From Octopus bimaculoides (Eukaryota), in NCBI RefSeq assembly GCF_001194135.2, contig NC_068987.1, positions 66,792,383 through 66,849,974 on the forward strand: a stretch of DNA of 57,592 nt. Reading direction: 5' to 3'. How positions within the stretch are numbered: position 1 is the stretch's first letter; each line of letters starts with the position of its first letter. Positions 1 through 13,693 of this stretch are shown piece after piece. The notes under the pieces were generated by a model. It ran no database searches, was not told the origin of the DNA, and saw only the letters and a list, made by a program, of their open reading frames with translations. Made by a program: the position numbers and the translations under genes.

Positions 1-476
1 ACGCATTGGTCGTTTGGAAGTTGCACAAGTTTGATCCCGGACGGCAGAGCTGTTGTAGAGCTTGGCGACACTCGCGGTGCCAATCGCCCAGTTTCGGTCT
101 CTTCCTGATCCATGTTTGCAGTTCGGTGAGTGAGACGAGCTGCGGGAAGGCGTGCCTCACAAACGGTGCCCACACCTGTTCACCGTCGTCAATGAAGTTC
201 CAGAGATGCCGCAGTCTCAGCGCATGTCTGCGCATCATTAACCACGGCATCCCCAGTCCTCCACGTAACGGTTGTTGACAGCAAATGGATCGCCTCACCA
301 TCGGAACGCCACATTTCCACAGAAAGCGGAAAAGTATGCATGACGGTCAGGCGGTAATCGATGACTGATGCGATATACACATTAGCCACCTCCGCCCGGC
401 CTTTTAGAGATAACTTTCTCTCAGCCCATGTTTGGCTGAGTTTGATCACTCTACTGGTGATCTCGTCCCAGTTCTT

Positions 477-478
<2 letters not shown>
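1..478 (-). mobile_element. L1/Tx1-clade LINE ORF2 fragment (post-RT region), frameshifted, runs off the window
   Basis: Minus strand reads KNWDEITSRVIKLSQTWAERKLSLKGRAEVANVYIASVIDYRLTV, then after a frameshift VRRSICCQQPLRGGLGMPWLMMRRHALRLRHLWNF. The W..RKLSLKGR and GGLG motifs are typical of L1/Tx1 ORF2. Locally GC-rich. Confidence 0.75.
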
Positions 479-538
<60 letters not shown>

Positions 539-567
539 GGATGGATGGATGAATGGATGGATGGATG

Positions 568-609
<42 letters not shown>

Positions 610-636
610 CAGATAGGCAGGGAGAGAGAGAGAGAA
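479..636. repeat. Compound microsatellite (ATAG)n(ATGG)n(ATAG)n(AG)n
   Basis: Directly visible. Confidence 0.95.
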
Positions 637-974
637 AGGGTATCCCTCTTCCTATTCACCATTTATTTATTTATCGATTTAGTCCTTTACCATTGTATTG
701 GAATGGGTTTAAGGATGGTGACATCTTCAAATAAAAAAAAACAGGTGCGGTTTGGTCATTGCTGAAAGTCATTTTGCTTTCATTGTCTCTTCTCCTTTCC
801 TTCTTTCTTCCCTCTTTCTTTCTTTCTTTCTTTTTTCTCTTCTCTTTAAGTTATATTTAGAATACAAAATGTACTCTCTCCTCTTCCAAACATTCAATTT
901 TGGAGGGAATTTTTTGATGAAATGTAGTTCTGCACGAAAAAAATTCAGTATAATATTTGCAGTGTGTTAAAAAA

Positions 975-2305
975 AACCCATTATTCCTGGTTTTATTTGA
1001 TGTAATAAACCTCTACACCTCGATTCCTCTGGAATACGGAATAATAGCCATACAATACTGGCTGGAATGTTTCCCAAATGACATTCCTGACCGAATGGAA
1101 AAGAATTCAAATTCATCGTTGAAGGAATAAAATTCATCCTACAGTACAACTTCTTCAATTTCAATGAAAACACTTATAGACAAATCTCGGGCACGGCGAT
1201 GAGAATGAGGGTAGCGCCTACTTTTGCCAACCTTGTCATGACATACTTGGAAGTCCAAATATACGAACACACTAGATTGAAATTTGGAGACAACTTCCAA
1301 AAATACTTACTCACCAACTGGAAACGCTATTGGATGACTCTTTCATCTTGTGGCTACATAACCTTGAACAACTCTCAAAATTTAATAACTTAATCATCAG
1401 CATTAACCACAGTGTCCAGTTTACAATGGTATACAGCCACAAACGACTAGCCTTCCTGGACATCTTGATCATAAAGAGAGATACTGAAATTGAAACCGAC
1501 ATCTTCTTCAAACCAGCGGACTCAAAACAATATCTCCTATTCTCCTCTTGCCACCCAAAACATACTAAAATAAATATACCGTTCAACTTAGCGAGAAGAA
1601 TTTTCACAATTGCATCAAATCCCGAAACCCGAGAAAACCAACTCCAAGGGCTTAAAAATGCATTACTGGATAGAAAATACTTGGCCGGTCTAATCAAAAT
1701 GGAATAGAACGTTTATACGTAAGATAGAACCTCTATCTTACGTATCAACACACAATCCAAGAAACATGGAGGCATACAACATCATCCACCAAAACATACA
1801 CCTCCTTATGAAAGACCCGTGAATGTAAAAAGGCACTGGAAACACATAGGATTATTAAAAGCAAGAGACAACCGAATCCCTAAAAAAATTACTCACCAGC
1901 GGCAAATTACCTGCAAAAAATACAACCCCACAAGTCAAAAAGTGCAACCGACCTAGCTGCGGGACTTGCATCTTCCTCTTAGAGGGCTTAACATACAAAT
2001 TTAAGCCAGGTCAAACTTTTACCATAAAATAGGACTTCACCTGTGTATCTCAAACATGGAGGGTGGGGACTACATAGGTCAAACTAGCTTAACTTTAAAG
2101 GAAAGGCTTACGGTGCGCAGGCCACAAATCCGGGACCCCGCCATTATAAAATTTCCCATAAGAAGCACCTAGACCAATGCCCCGTAAACATAAACCCTAA
2201 ATACCAAGTCTTCCTTCCCTATCAATACACTGGAAACACTTCCACCCAATTCCGTTTAAATAAGGAAAACATACTGATTAAAAAATATAAACCACAGCTG
2301 AATAT
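975..2305 (+). mobile_element. Penelope-like retroelement (RT + GIY-YIG endonuclease), degenerate
   Basis: Across frameshifts: FDVINLYTSIP; FILQYNFFNFNENTYRQISGTAMRMRVAPTFANLVM; Y(W)MDDSFILW; FFKPADSKQYLLFSSCHPKHTKINIPFNLARRI; KKCNRPSCGTC; YIGQTSLTLKERL; ending ENILIKKYKPQLN. Confidence 0.9.
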
Positions 2306-3719
2306 CTTTTAGAAAGACGAAAAAGCAGTAAAAAGAAAAGCAAAAAGACTCAATTTTAGCAAAAAACAACCAGGAACAACATTTAAAAAAAAACTTTAGT
2401 AACAATCTACCACCCGAGTTCCGAAACCGCAGCTCAAAATCACCATGCAAACACCAGTTGCCGACTTCACCTTCCTCTAGTCCAATGAAATTTTACAAAC
2501 ACCAGTTGCTGACGTCACCTAACTCCGGATCAATCAAGTCCGAACTTCAGCAAAAATACAACGAAATGACACTTTAAGAGAACCAGCTAACTGGAACGAC
2601 TTATGACTGTCTCCACAGGGAAACCAACCAAGCAGAACGACAAGCCTGACCACCGGAAAAAAGACGTCACCAGTATTTTAACGAATCAAAAATCAGATCT
2701 GCTCGTGGAAAAAAAAATACATCTGATCCCAAATCATACCAGTATAAGCAAAAGCGTCCACGGTAAGAGTATCAGAGAAACTGTAAACCAAATTCCCTTT
2801 TTTACTATTTTTATTTCTCCCTTGTTTTTTTCAGTATGACTTGTCGACAACCCATAAAATTAATGAACTTTGTACATTCAAACAAATTGATATACAGTTT
2901 TATATTATTGACTGCTATGAACATACAAACTTACACCTGTCCTCCTAATTCATAATGCTAAATTTATCTGTTTTGAAGATGTTAGTTTGTCAGCACTGGA
3001 ACATTTTAATTTGTCAACATTTAAACAGGTCTTATCAACATTTAAACAGGTCTTATCAATTGACGACAGCACTCATTCTTGCCTGTTTTTGCAGCCATTT
3101 TTATTTCAATAAATGATATAATCTTCATATATAATATATATAACACTCTTATTGCTAGTACGAAAATCCTTTAATATATAAGGTTGTTTTATTGCAAGAA
3201 CTGTTACTAATTTACCGGTAAGGTTTTTATATAGATATATGAGAAACTCTTGCTTGTTAGGTTAAAAACTTCTAAAGTGAACAGTTGAAGTTGTGATGCC
3301 GCTTTGATTTATAATTAGAATAGCTAAAAGGTTTACAGCAGACACGATGTTCAATTCGGGTATACAGTGCTACAATTTCTTCCTGTTTATTTTTCATGCA
3401 TGGCATTATTTAGTCTTCGTCACAAAACATCGATGTTGAGTGTAACAGCTTGCTAAGATGGATATTAGAAGAAAACTATTCCGCTTCTGTTTTGTGTTTG
3501 AAAACCCTTGTAACAAGAAAATACAACAGTGAAAACAGCAGAATCGAGTGAAAACTAAATTAGACTGAAAATAAAAATAATACAGCCGCTAGGGGAAGGG
3601 ATACATTCTAGTCTCGGCTCTCATTAGCAACAAGTTTCTCGAATGTCGTCGTGGGTTTGTATCTTCTCGTAGCTGATGGATATCACTGTACTGAAACAGA
3701 CTTGTTACAACTATTTGAG

Positions 3720-3800
3720 CTGTGATTGGTCGAATAAGAGCAATACCCATGTCGTTTATTTGCCCATCAGCTAATACTGCAGAAAAGATTGGCGCTGCAT
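3720..3800. promoter_or_regulatory. Possible NF-Y/CCAAT promoter-like segment
   Basis: TGATTGGTCG (ATTGG 3725-3729) and AGATTGGCGC (ATTGG 3788-3792) in apparently non-repetitive sequence. No transcript evidence. Confidence 0.2.
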
Positions 3801-4088
3801 AATATAAAAAATATGAGATAACAGTTACAGTTTTTCCATACTGGTGAATGAAAGGAAACTACAGGCATTGTGAGACTTTCAGATACTCCTTCGCAAGCGA
3901 AGCAGTGGGAAAAGACGTTATCTACAGAGATACGCAAATACTAATCCATAACATACATAAGCAGCTTTTGTAATTGCTATTATTAATTAGTCAGATGGGA
4001 AGTATCATCAGGGGGTTTCATAGATGTGAAATAAGCAGGCAAGCGAGTTTTGACGTCTGAGGTTGAATACACAGCAGCGATGTCCGCA

Positions 4089-4135
<47 letters not shown>

Positions 4136-4145
4136 NNNNNNNNNN

Positions 4146-4190
<45 letters not shown>

Positions 4191-4908
4191 GTATGCTAGA
4201 AATAGTCCGGAGAAGCTGGGACCTAAGTAGTGATGTTTGCGATAAAAGTCAACTTTGATCTTTATGTCATGTATATTATGTGTTCGATCCATTCATGTCT
4301 TCAATTATTCTATAGAAATTTGAAGTTAATTGTTAATCTAAATATTTATTCAATATCATTGCCGTTTTAACTAGAAACAAGGGACATATTTAAACTAAAA
4401 AGTGATTGGTAACCTGTATTTTAGGCATTCCTTTCTTACGAATATTGTCATCGCAACAAAATAAAATTGCTTTCAACAAAAAAGAGATTTGGCGTTTTGA
4501 TGTTGTTTGCCGGAAGATCAACACGTTTTCAACGGTGCTTTAAGTATAATGCAAATTTCAAAATGTAAGGAATTATTTTCTTGCGCTCACCATAATGAAT
4601 TAATAAAATGGATTAGAACTGAACAATGGGGAACTTTCTTCACTTAATTAATGGTGCACGGACTATCTTTGGAAAATGCTGCTTTAATTAATCTTCAATC
4701 TCAGCTTTTAGTTGGAATCAAGTAATCAAGGTAGCAATTAATGCATTGAGAGATTTGGCGAAGATTACTTTGCAATCTAACAGCTGTATTTAGGATTTTA
4801 GCAGGGCTTTCTTTGCATAAACATCATATATAAATATAATGAGTAACAATATAGAGTGAGCTAAAAATCACGAACACACACACACACACAAACACACATA
4901 CAAACAAA

Positions 4909-4949
<41 letters not shown>

Positions 4950-6825
4950 AAAAATAAACAAAGACACATACACACACACAAACGTTACAAAGATCCGTGT
5001 CAATTGGTTCAGTTGCAATATGCCAAAAAAGGTCATAGTGTTAGCATTAAGTTTCCCACAAGACATGGCTGTATTTCATATCCGGTTGTCGTTTGTGAAA
5101 TCCTATTTCATTCGGTTACCTCTTTTAGGGAAGATTTCTGATTTGAAATGTATCCTGAGGAACAACATTTTACACAATACTTACAGGCTCAAGACGCACT
5201 ACATCTAAACCAAGGAATCGGTGTTGATACCGTAATTTATAAAAATGCCTTTCATTATTTAATTAATTAATTAATTAATTTACTTCATTTCATATTAGAA
5301 GTGGTGCCTAATCGCGCCGTTATTCATAGTCTTTCAATGGGACAATCACTGGTTGACTTCTTTTCTGAGCGTGAATGGAACAAACAAATATCAGCAGTTC
5401 TATGTAACTAAGAAGTGTATATAAATCAGTTTGGTTCTGAACAAATTACATTGGCCCCCCTAAAAAAATTGCGAAAACAAGTTACATGTCACCAAATCAT
5501 AGTCGCTAAGCATTGACAACTGGCTGTAATGAATTTTTCCCATATTATAGATTTCTGTCCGTCATCTTTAACTACCATACGGAAAAAATACTTATTACTG
5601 AGACTCTTAATGCTGGTACATATCACTTTGTCTTATCATTTAATTTAATTTTAAGTAGTAATGTAATTTGTCAGTAATATTAGTCTAACTTCTGTAGAAC
5701 ATACACTGGTGTGTTCAAATATCTGCTTATTTCTTTGATTCCAAAATGTTTCTAAGTCTATTCTGATTCTAATTCCCGTATTTATATTTCTCCTGTTTCT
5801 TCACTATCTTTAGTGATTGTAGCAAATATACCAAAACTAGTAGAAGAGATATATTTAGCTCTGGAATAGAAAAATTGTTAAAGCAAAACCAAATGTCATC
5901 AAAAGCAAAATATCGCATGGAAATGTCTGCTTATCTCTCATTTTCAGTTTGGTGCCGACAAAACTAACCAAATTTGTAAACAGAGCTGAAACATACTATT
6001 AGATGGCTATTAGCTATTTTCTGTATTTAGATTACCTATAAACTTTGTTTGAGATATCAAGAAGACTTGAACTACCTCTAACATAGGAAGGCGACAAATC
6101 GCGAAAATATTCGAGCATACGGTAAAACGCCGTATTAGTTCCAGTTTTCAGTATTGTGAAGTCAAATCCCGTTAGAGCTAAATTTGCCATTGCGTTTTTC
6201 AGTGTCGACAAAATAGTGTCCGTCTTTAGTTATGGATTTGCCATATTATTACAGCGTCGTCAAGATAACCTGCGGTATCAATTCCAACATTTTGAATTCT
6301 GGGTTAGGGGATGGTGAACTTAATCCCTCACTCGGTTTAACATCACTAAGTTATTCCTGATTATCTTTAGTGAATTTCCCTCTTATTCAGAAATTTGGAC
6401 CAAGTTTTCGGTGTGAGGATAACTTCTTACCCTCAGCCATTAAGTATTATAAAGCATTAAAAGAAAAGCTAAAGTATTGTGCAAATATTCAGTTGGAAAA
6501 TTATCATAAAAGTCAATTTTAAAAAATTCATCAAAACCGTCTTTAATAGTCAAAATTTAGTAGAAACCAGTATATTCGAGTGCGGTAGAGAAACATTAGA
6601 AATATAACAACGAAATTACGGGCCGAACAGACTTAGATATGCTTTGGAATAAAGGAAAGGTACTTAGTTTTGAGCCCCTATATGTATTTTCTAAAGAAGA
6701 TAAGCAAAAATACGTCAGACACATAACATTACTTCTTACAATTAAATTAAATGATAAAATAAGGTGAAATGTATCAACATTGTAGGCATTTCAGTAATAA
6801 ATTTCTGCGATATTATTCTTATGTG

Positions 6826-7046
6826 CTAAGATGGCGAACTGATTGAATCTTAGAACGTCAGACAAATTGTTTAGTGGCATTTCATCTCATTACGTTTGGG
6901 GCTCAAATTCTGCGAAGGTCGACTTGGACTTTCAACCCTTCGGGGTCGATAAAGTAAGCAATAGTCGAGCTATGAGGTCGATAAGATCGAATAACCTCTA
7001 CTCTTAAAAAATTACTAGTCATGTGCCAAAATTAGAAAGCATTATT
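6826..7046 (+). mobile_element. Degenerate SINE copy (family B, TAAGGCGGCGAGCTG-headed)
   Basis: Colinear similarity to 7922-8147 and 30971-31190 (caaattc..gaggtcgac, cttcggggtcgataaa). Confidence 0.6.
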
Positions 7047-7921
7047 TCTGTATGCTAGATAAAGAAACAGAAAAATAGATTACATCCAGTTGTCAATCAT
7101 TAAAGACAATGGTTTGGTAACATGTAACATGCTTTTGCTAAGTGTTTCAGGTGCTTATATTCTCGCAAGCAGACATAGACCTCCTCATACTTCACTCAGA
7201 GGAACATTGCGAATATCATAACTGGGATGAGAGAGGGATGCATTAGCACCTGGCTGGTAATCATTAAAACAGCGTAGGCCGGAGAAATGTGAAATAAAGA
7301 TCCTTATACAAAGCAGAACACCAGGTAACATGGATTATTCAGAAGGAAAATAAATACTGCTTTTTGTAAACACCATTTAAATATCGACACAGAATGATTT
7401 ACTTGAAGCACAGTGAGTGTGAAGTCTTAGTGATTAGAAAGCTATTATAACATATATTGTAGAACTACAAACCGTCTCGTAAACAATAAAAGAAGGCTAG
7501 TAAGATAGCTATAAAATTCAACATAATATCTGTTTGTCTCTGTCTTAAGAGAAACTAACATATGCAAAACAGGTTTTATATGCTTAGATGAAAGAGAAAC
7601 AATAACAAGGAATTTTGAAACAATAAAAGTCAATTTAAAATTATCCAAAATGACGTTTTAATTCGTTGTCAGAGAACAGTTTTCTCTATCGCTAATACAC
7701 TGCATGATTGTTTATTATAGAAAGAGATAAATTAAACTATAAGATTCACTGAGAACTTCAGGACTCCACTCGTCTTAATCGTGGCAAAAGACCAAAATCA
7801 ATTTTTCAATATACATCTTCAAAATTTATAGAGGTTGTGAATAAACTGTGACTCACATTCTCATATTGTCAAAATTTCAGACCTCGTGCCTATACTAGAA
7901 AAAAGTTGTGCTTATTATTGT

Positions 7922-8147
7922 TAAGGCGGCGAGCTGACAGAACCGTAAGCAAATCGGGCAAAATGCTTAGCGATATTTCGTCAGTCTTTACAATCTCAGA
8001 TTAAATTCAGCCGAGGTCGACTTTGCCTTTCATCCTTCCGGGTTTGATAAATTAAGTACCAGTGAAACACTGGGTCGATGTAACCGACCAGTTTCCTCTC
8101 AACAAAATTTCAGGCCTTGTGTCTTTAGTAGAAAGGATTATTATTAT
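7922..8147 (+). mobile_element. SINE family B
   Basis: Head taaggcggcgagctgacagaa, core gccgaggtcgactttgcctttcatcc, (ATT)n tail. Several copies in the window. Confidence 0.8.
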
Positions 8148-8150
8148 CGT

Positions 8151-8369
8151 TAAGGTGGTCAGCTAGCAGAATTGTTAGCACGCCGGACAAAAAGCTTAAC
8201 GGCATTTCGAACGCCTTTATGTTCTAGGTTCAAATTCCGCCGAGGTCAACTTTGCCTTTCATCCTTTCGGGGTCTTTAAATTAAATACCAGTCAAGTACT
8301 GGAGTCGATGTGATCGACTATCCCACCTCCCGTCGAATTCCAGGTATTGTGCCTATAGTTATTATTATT
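8151..8369 (+). mobile_element. SINE family B, head-to-tail after the previous copy
   Basis: Same head and core (ggttcaaattccgccgaggtcaactttgcctttcatcctttcgggg), (ATT)n tail. Confidence 0.8.
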
Positions 8370-8675
8370 GTTGTTATTTTTGTTATTGTTGTTGCCCTCT
8401 GCTTCTGCTGTTGAGGCGATGGTATTGGTATAAGTGTCAACCAATACAAATAATTTCAATCCTGTCCGAGAATATAGTACTTCTTTTTAGGTACCCTTAA
8501 TGTTCTTGCAAAATTTAAAAAATGTACATGCGTAACCGTTTTTTCGTTAATTACTATTCTAGGTTGGATGGAGAACGAACCTGTGCTCATGGCACCCATA
8601 GACTGGTCATATGGCAGCGGATAATATTCTTGAATAGTTTTAAACTGATTGTGTCGTTAAAAAAAGAACAATATA

Positions 8676-8840
8676 GGCGTAGGAGTGGCTGTGTGGTAAG
8701 TAGCTTGCTTACGAACCACATGGTTCCGGGTTCAGTCCCACTGCGTGGCACTTCGAGCAAGTGTCTTCTACTATAGCCTCGGGCCGACCAAAGCCTTGTG
8801 AGTGGATTTGCTAGACGGAAACTGAAAGAAGCCCGTCGTA

Positions 8841-8879
<39 letters not shown>

Positions 8880-9197
8880 NNNNNNNNNNNNNNNNNNNNN
8901 NNNNNNNNNNNNNNNNNNNNNNNNNNNNNNNNNNNNNNNNNNNNNNNNNNNNNNNNNNNNNNNNNNNNNNNNNNTGTATGTATTTGTGTGTCTGTGTTTG
9001 TCCCCCTAGCATTGCTTGACAACCGATGCTGGTGTGCTTATGTCCCCGTCACTTAGCGGTTCGGCCAAAGAAACCGATAGAATAAGTACTAGGCTTACAA
9101 AGAATAAGTCCTGAGGTCGATTTGCTCGACTAAAGGCGGTGCTCCAGCATGGCCACAATCAAATGACTGAAACAAGTAAAAGAGTAAAAGAGTAAAA
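8676..9197 (+). mobile_element. tRNA-derived SINE family A with internal (TA)n; contains an N-gap
   Basis: A-box TGGCTGTGTGG, B-box GGTTCAGTCC, central gagcaagtgtcttctactatagc, tail ctccagcatggcc..tgactgaaacaagtaaaa(gagtaaaa)n. Near-identical reverse copy at 22277-22725. Confidence 0.9.
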
Positions 9198-9758
9198 TAT
9201 GTCAGTGGTCATGGAACTGCACATGTTCGGAGTTCTGGAAAAGAAGGACGGGCGTAATTGTTAATGCTCGATCTGAGGATGGGGATACACTGAATATATC
9301 AGGCGAGAGGAGATACAATTGAATTGTTAGCGAGTCAAAGCGATAGAAAGCTTGAGCGCTTGGAAAAGCAGAGAACAATGTAAAAGTGCAGAAATAGTAC
9401 AAAAGGGATTTGATGCAAGTGGGGGGAGGTCAAAAGATGGCATCTGTTGGTGAGTGATACCATATCCCAGAATATACAATCGTGTCAGTAGTCAAAAAGA
9501 AATTTGTAGTAATACTATTATTAAATAAATGGAGTGGTGTTTGAATCACCAGACAAACAGAGAACTATATTGCATTGTTTAGTTACGACCTTTCTGTTTG
9601 TGTCTACATATCACCGGGAACTCAATTAATATTACATCTTCTAACGTAATTATTTCCTATATAGAGCGAGTCGATTTATTCGACAACACTATCCCCTCAA
9701 AATATGCAGCAGCATACCAATGTTTCAAATTCTTATTATCAATATTGATAGAATGATC

Positions 9759-9965
9759 AAGGCAGTGACCTGGTAGAATCGTTAGCTTAGCGGCATTTCG
9801 TCCGTTTTCACGTTCTGAGTTCAAATTCTGTCGAGGTCTTCTTTGACCATTATCCGCTCGTGCTCGATAAAAATAAGTACCATTTGAGAACTGGGGTCGA
9901 TATAATCGGCTTACACACCCACCAAACAAATTGCTGGCCTTATATCAGAATTTGAAACCAGTATT
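9759..9965 (+). mobile_element. SINE family B (internally deleted)
   Basis: aaggcagtgacctggtagaatcgttagc..gttctgagttcaaattc..ctggggtcgat. Confidence 0.7.
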
Positions 9966-11244
9966 AATAGAGTAATGGATGGATGGTTAAAATCGTTGGA
10001 GCAACGGATACAATGTCTTGTTTTTAGTTGCCCTAGTGTATTTTTTTTTAGTTCATATCCCTCTGAGGTTAAATTTCCTTTTCATTTCTTCGAGGTCTAT
10101 CAGATTAAGTAGCAGTCAAGCATTGGGGACGATTTAATTGACTAAACCTTCCGCTATATTTTTGATCCTGTGATTTTGTTAGAAACAACTACTTTCATTA
10201 CTAACAAAATTGTGGAAGATTGTTACAATCGTTTCAGACTTGCAATATTTAGTTCAAAATCCCATCAAGATCAATTTCATTTTTTTTATTTTTGTCGAAA
10301 ATATAGTGTACTAGTCAAGGCTTCAAACATAATTCAATATTAATAAAACTTTGAAGAATGAAGAACTCATCAGAGCATTTGTTGTTTGTTTAAAGAATAT
10401 CATTTTTAAAAAAACTGCGTATTTAAGAACACATCAGTTACTAGAATGTAAAAGTATCGTGTTAAACATTGTTATGGCTTGACATCGAATCGATATTATA
10501 GCACTGAATAACTATTAATGCTTTGATCTCAATCTCTTCGAGTGAAAAGTAAGCTTTGCGTACATTTTTGCTTTGTTAAATCAATATGGTTCAGTGATAT
10601 GAAAATACGATGATAAAATTGCAAAGCAGAAGAACTGATAATCAAAGTAGAGATGAAAAGAAATAGAGATAAAACGATGAAGAATTGAAAAAAGAATCAA
10701 CTGAAGAATCAAAGTCATGCTCATTAACTTGAAGATTACTTCATATCTCTTAAGTAGGAGATGAAGAAAAACAATGAAACCTTCAGCCGAACTTAAGAAG
10801 ATAAACCATGCTTTCGTAAAGAAACTTACACTGCTTTATTAAAAATTTCAGTCTACGTTTGCTTTCTTTGTTTCTTTTTGCTTTTTTCTTTTTTTTGCTT
10901 TTGGTATTTTTATCTCAGATAATCTGTTTTATTTTTAATATGATACTTCAGACTCCAGGTGATGAGCTGATACCAATTATGCTCACCAGTAGTAAAATAC
11001 TTTGAAGTATGAAGTATGTTCTTTGTTTATACTTTGCATGGTTAATATATTGCAAATTCTTGTAAGAAAGACTTAATGCGGGGAACTTAGAAAAGGATAT
11101 TTCCACGCAACTTTTGTTTTAATAATACATGCACGTATTTCTACGCTAATGTGTAAATATAACTATGTATACGTATATGTTTATACCTATATGCATGAAT
11201 GCATACTTATGTGTATGTACATATGTGTGAGGTGCGGGAAAGCG

Positions 11245-11565
11245 TATATGTGTGTGTGTGTGTGTGTATATATACATACATACATACATACATACATACA
11301 TGCATGCATATATAAATAGGCGTGTGTGCGTGTGTTTTCTATGTGTGTGTAAGTTGATGAAGGGAGACGGTAAGGAAGAGATAGAAGCGACAGTACACTA
11401 TGAAACGCCAGATTAACGGTTTAGAGAAAATATTACGCTCTGCTTTTGTATTGAGTACTCCTTCTAATGGTTACGGATATATATATATGTTTGTGTGTGC
11501 GTTTGTGTGTGTGTGTGTATATATGTACGTAAATATATATCTGTCGGGGTGTGTGTGTATGTGTG

Positions 11566-11609
<44 letters not shown>

Positions 11610-11718
11610 CGCGCGCGCACGTGTGTGTGTATGTGTATGCATACAGATACAGACAACGAGAAAAGGAAGAAAGAACGAAAGAAAGAAAGAAAGAAAGAAA
11701 GGATAGAAACAGAAGAGG

Positions 11719-11753
<35 letters not shown>

Positions 11754-11755
11754 AG
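11245..11755. repeat. Compound (TG)n/(TACA)n/(TA)n/(GAAA)n/(GA)n microsatellite field preceding a gap
   Basis: Directly visible. Explains the spurious ORFs at 11400-12289. Confidence 0.9.
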
Positions 11756-12421
11756 NNNNNNNNNNNNNNNNNNNNNNNNNNNNNNNNNNNNNNNNNNNNN
11801 NNNNNNNNNNNNNNNNNNNNNNNNNNNNNNNNNNNNNNNNNNNNNNNNNNNNNNNNNNNNNNNNNNNNNNNNNNNNNNNNNNNNNNNNNNNNNNNNNNNN
11901 NNNNNNNNNNNNNNNNNNNNNNNNNNNNNNNNNNNNNNNNNNNNNNNNNNNNNNNNNNNNNNNNNNNNNNNNNNNNNNNNNNNNNNNNNNNNNNNNNNNN
12001 NNNNNNNNNNNNNNNNNNNNNNNNNNNNNNNNNNNNNNNNNNNNNNNNNNNNNNNNNNNNNNNNNNNNNNNNNNNNNNNNNNNNNNNNNNNNNNNNNNNN
12101 NNNNNNNNNNNNNNNNNNNNNNNNNNNNNNNNNNNNNNNNNNNNNNNNNNNNNNNNNNNNNNNNNNGTTCGTTTATTCTTACATTGGGATATGCGGCGAA
12201 GAAAATGTTCCGTCGACAAGGTCAGAATAAAAGCGAAACAGGGGACATGTTTGTTCTTGCTGAATATATTCTTAAAACTCAGTGATTGACTAATTTGGAA
12301 TTGTTTTTTTCACAATCTACTTATTTTTATGTGATGTGACAACTCTTAAAAGAGTTAACTCTTACTTTTTAATTAACTTACTTTTCATATATGTGTGTGT
12401 GTGTGTGTGTATGTGTGTGTT

Positions 12422-12470
<49 letters not shown>

Positions 12471-13140
12471 AAGGAAGAAAAACCTACTGAAAACTATTTC
12501 GAAAAACGAATAATTTCATTTCAATAGACACATGTAATTACCATTTTTATTATTAAATTATATTTTCGGGAACGAAAATATCTGAAAACTCAAATATAAT
12601 CTGTCTTTTTGTAAATCTACTTAAAGAATATAGACTTCAAACACAAAAGAAATGAGTGAGAGTTACTAATCGAATATAAATTAGCGTAACTTGTTTAGAT
12701 GAATTTTCAATGGTTAATTACGATTATAAATCATCATTCAAATTCATTTTCTCCTGAATATTTTTCAAACTTTATATCACCAATTATTTAATTTAGAGCT
12801 TAATTAAAATCAGAGGAGAAAGCGGGAATGAAACAGTTACAAATGTAAAAACAACACTAAATGTGTAACGGCAAATTTATTGATTTCAGTGAAAATAGTT
12901 GTGAAACTTGAAAGACAGAAGTGTGAAGCGACTGCGAAAGCTTCTCCGTTCAACTTGCATTCATGTTTGTAATAGACATGTTGTTGTCATGCATGGTCAG
13001 CGTGGCTAAGAAGAGGAAAACAAAGTATTATGAATTTAAGCGAACGAGAAAGCATCTTTTTTGTTGCGTTAAACATACCCATGTATGTATGCAAGTGTGT
13101 GTGTGGTGTGTGGGGTGTGGGGTGGTGTGGTATGTGTGTG

Positions 13141-13172
<32 letters not shown>

Positions 13173-13250
13173 AGAGTGTATGTGTGTCTGTATGTGTGTT
13201 ACAATACCAGCTAAAAGGCACGGACTATAAGTCTGACAAGGTTCGTTCCT

Positions 13251-13315
<65 letters not shown>

Positions 13316-13318
<3 letters not shown>

Positions 13319-13693
13319 CGTGTATGGCTGTGTGATTAGAAGTTTCCTCTACTATCACGTGGTTCCAGCTACGGGGGACCTTGGACAAGTGTCTTCTAGT
13401 ATAGTATCGGACCGACCAAATCCTTGTGTTTGGATTTGGTAGACGGAAACTGAAATGAGCCTGTCGTATGAATTTATGTGTGTGTGTGTGAACGCGCATC
13501 CATGTGCGTGTCTTTGTGTCTGTGTTTGTCCCACCACCATGGCATGCTTATGTCCCCGTAACTTAGCATTTCGGCAGAAGAAACAGAATAAGTACCAAGC
13601 TTAGAGTAAAAAACATAAGTACTTGACTCGATATATTTAAGGCGCTGCTCTAGCATGGTCGCAGTCTAATGACTGAAATAAATGAATAATAAA
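13316..13693 (+). mobile_element. Older SINE family A copy
   Basis: Colinear with 8676-9197 (atggctgtgtgattagaag, ggacaagtgtcttctagtatag, gacggaaactgaaa, tccccgtaacttagc, ctctagcatggtcgcagtctaatgactgaaa). Confidence 0.8.

Noticed and set aside
4005-4090. Minus-strand mini-exon after the (CT)n tract
   Set aside because: The pyrimidine tract is a microsatellite, and the peptide is unrecognisable.
7165-7225. HDV-like ribozyme: CCTCCTC...GGAACATTGCGAAT in HDV motif order
   Set aside because: I could not build P1, P2 or P3 pairings. A descriptor search on the family consensus would be needed.
9205-9480. I/Jockey-group LINE C-terminal CCHC remnant (minus strand)
   Set aside because: Similarity is too faint to support a call.
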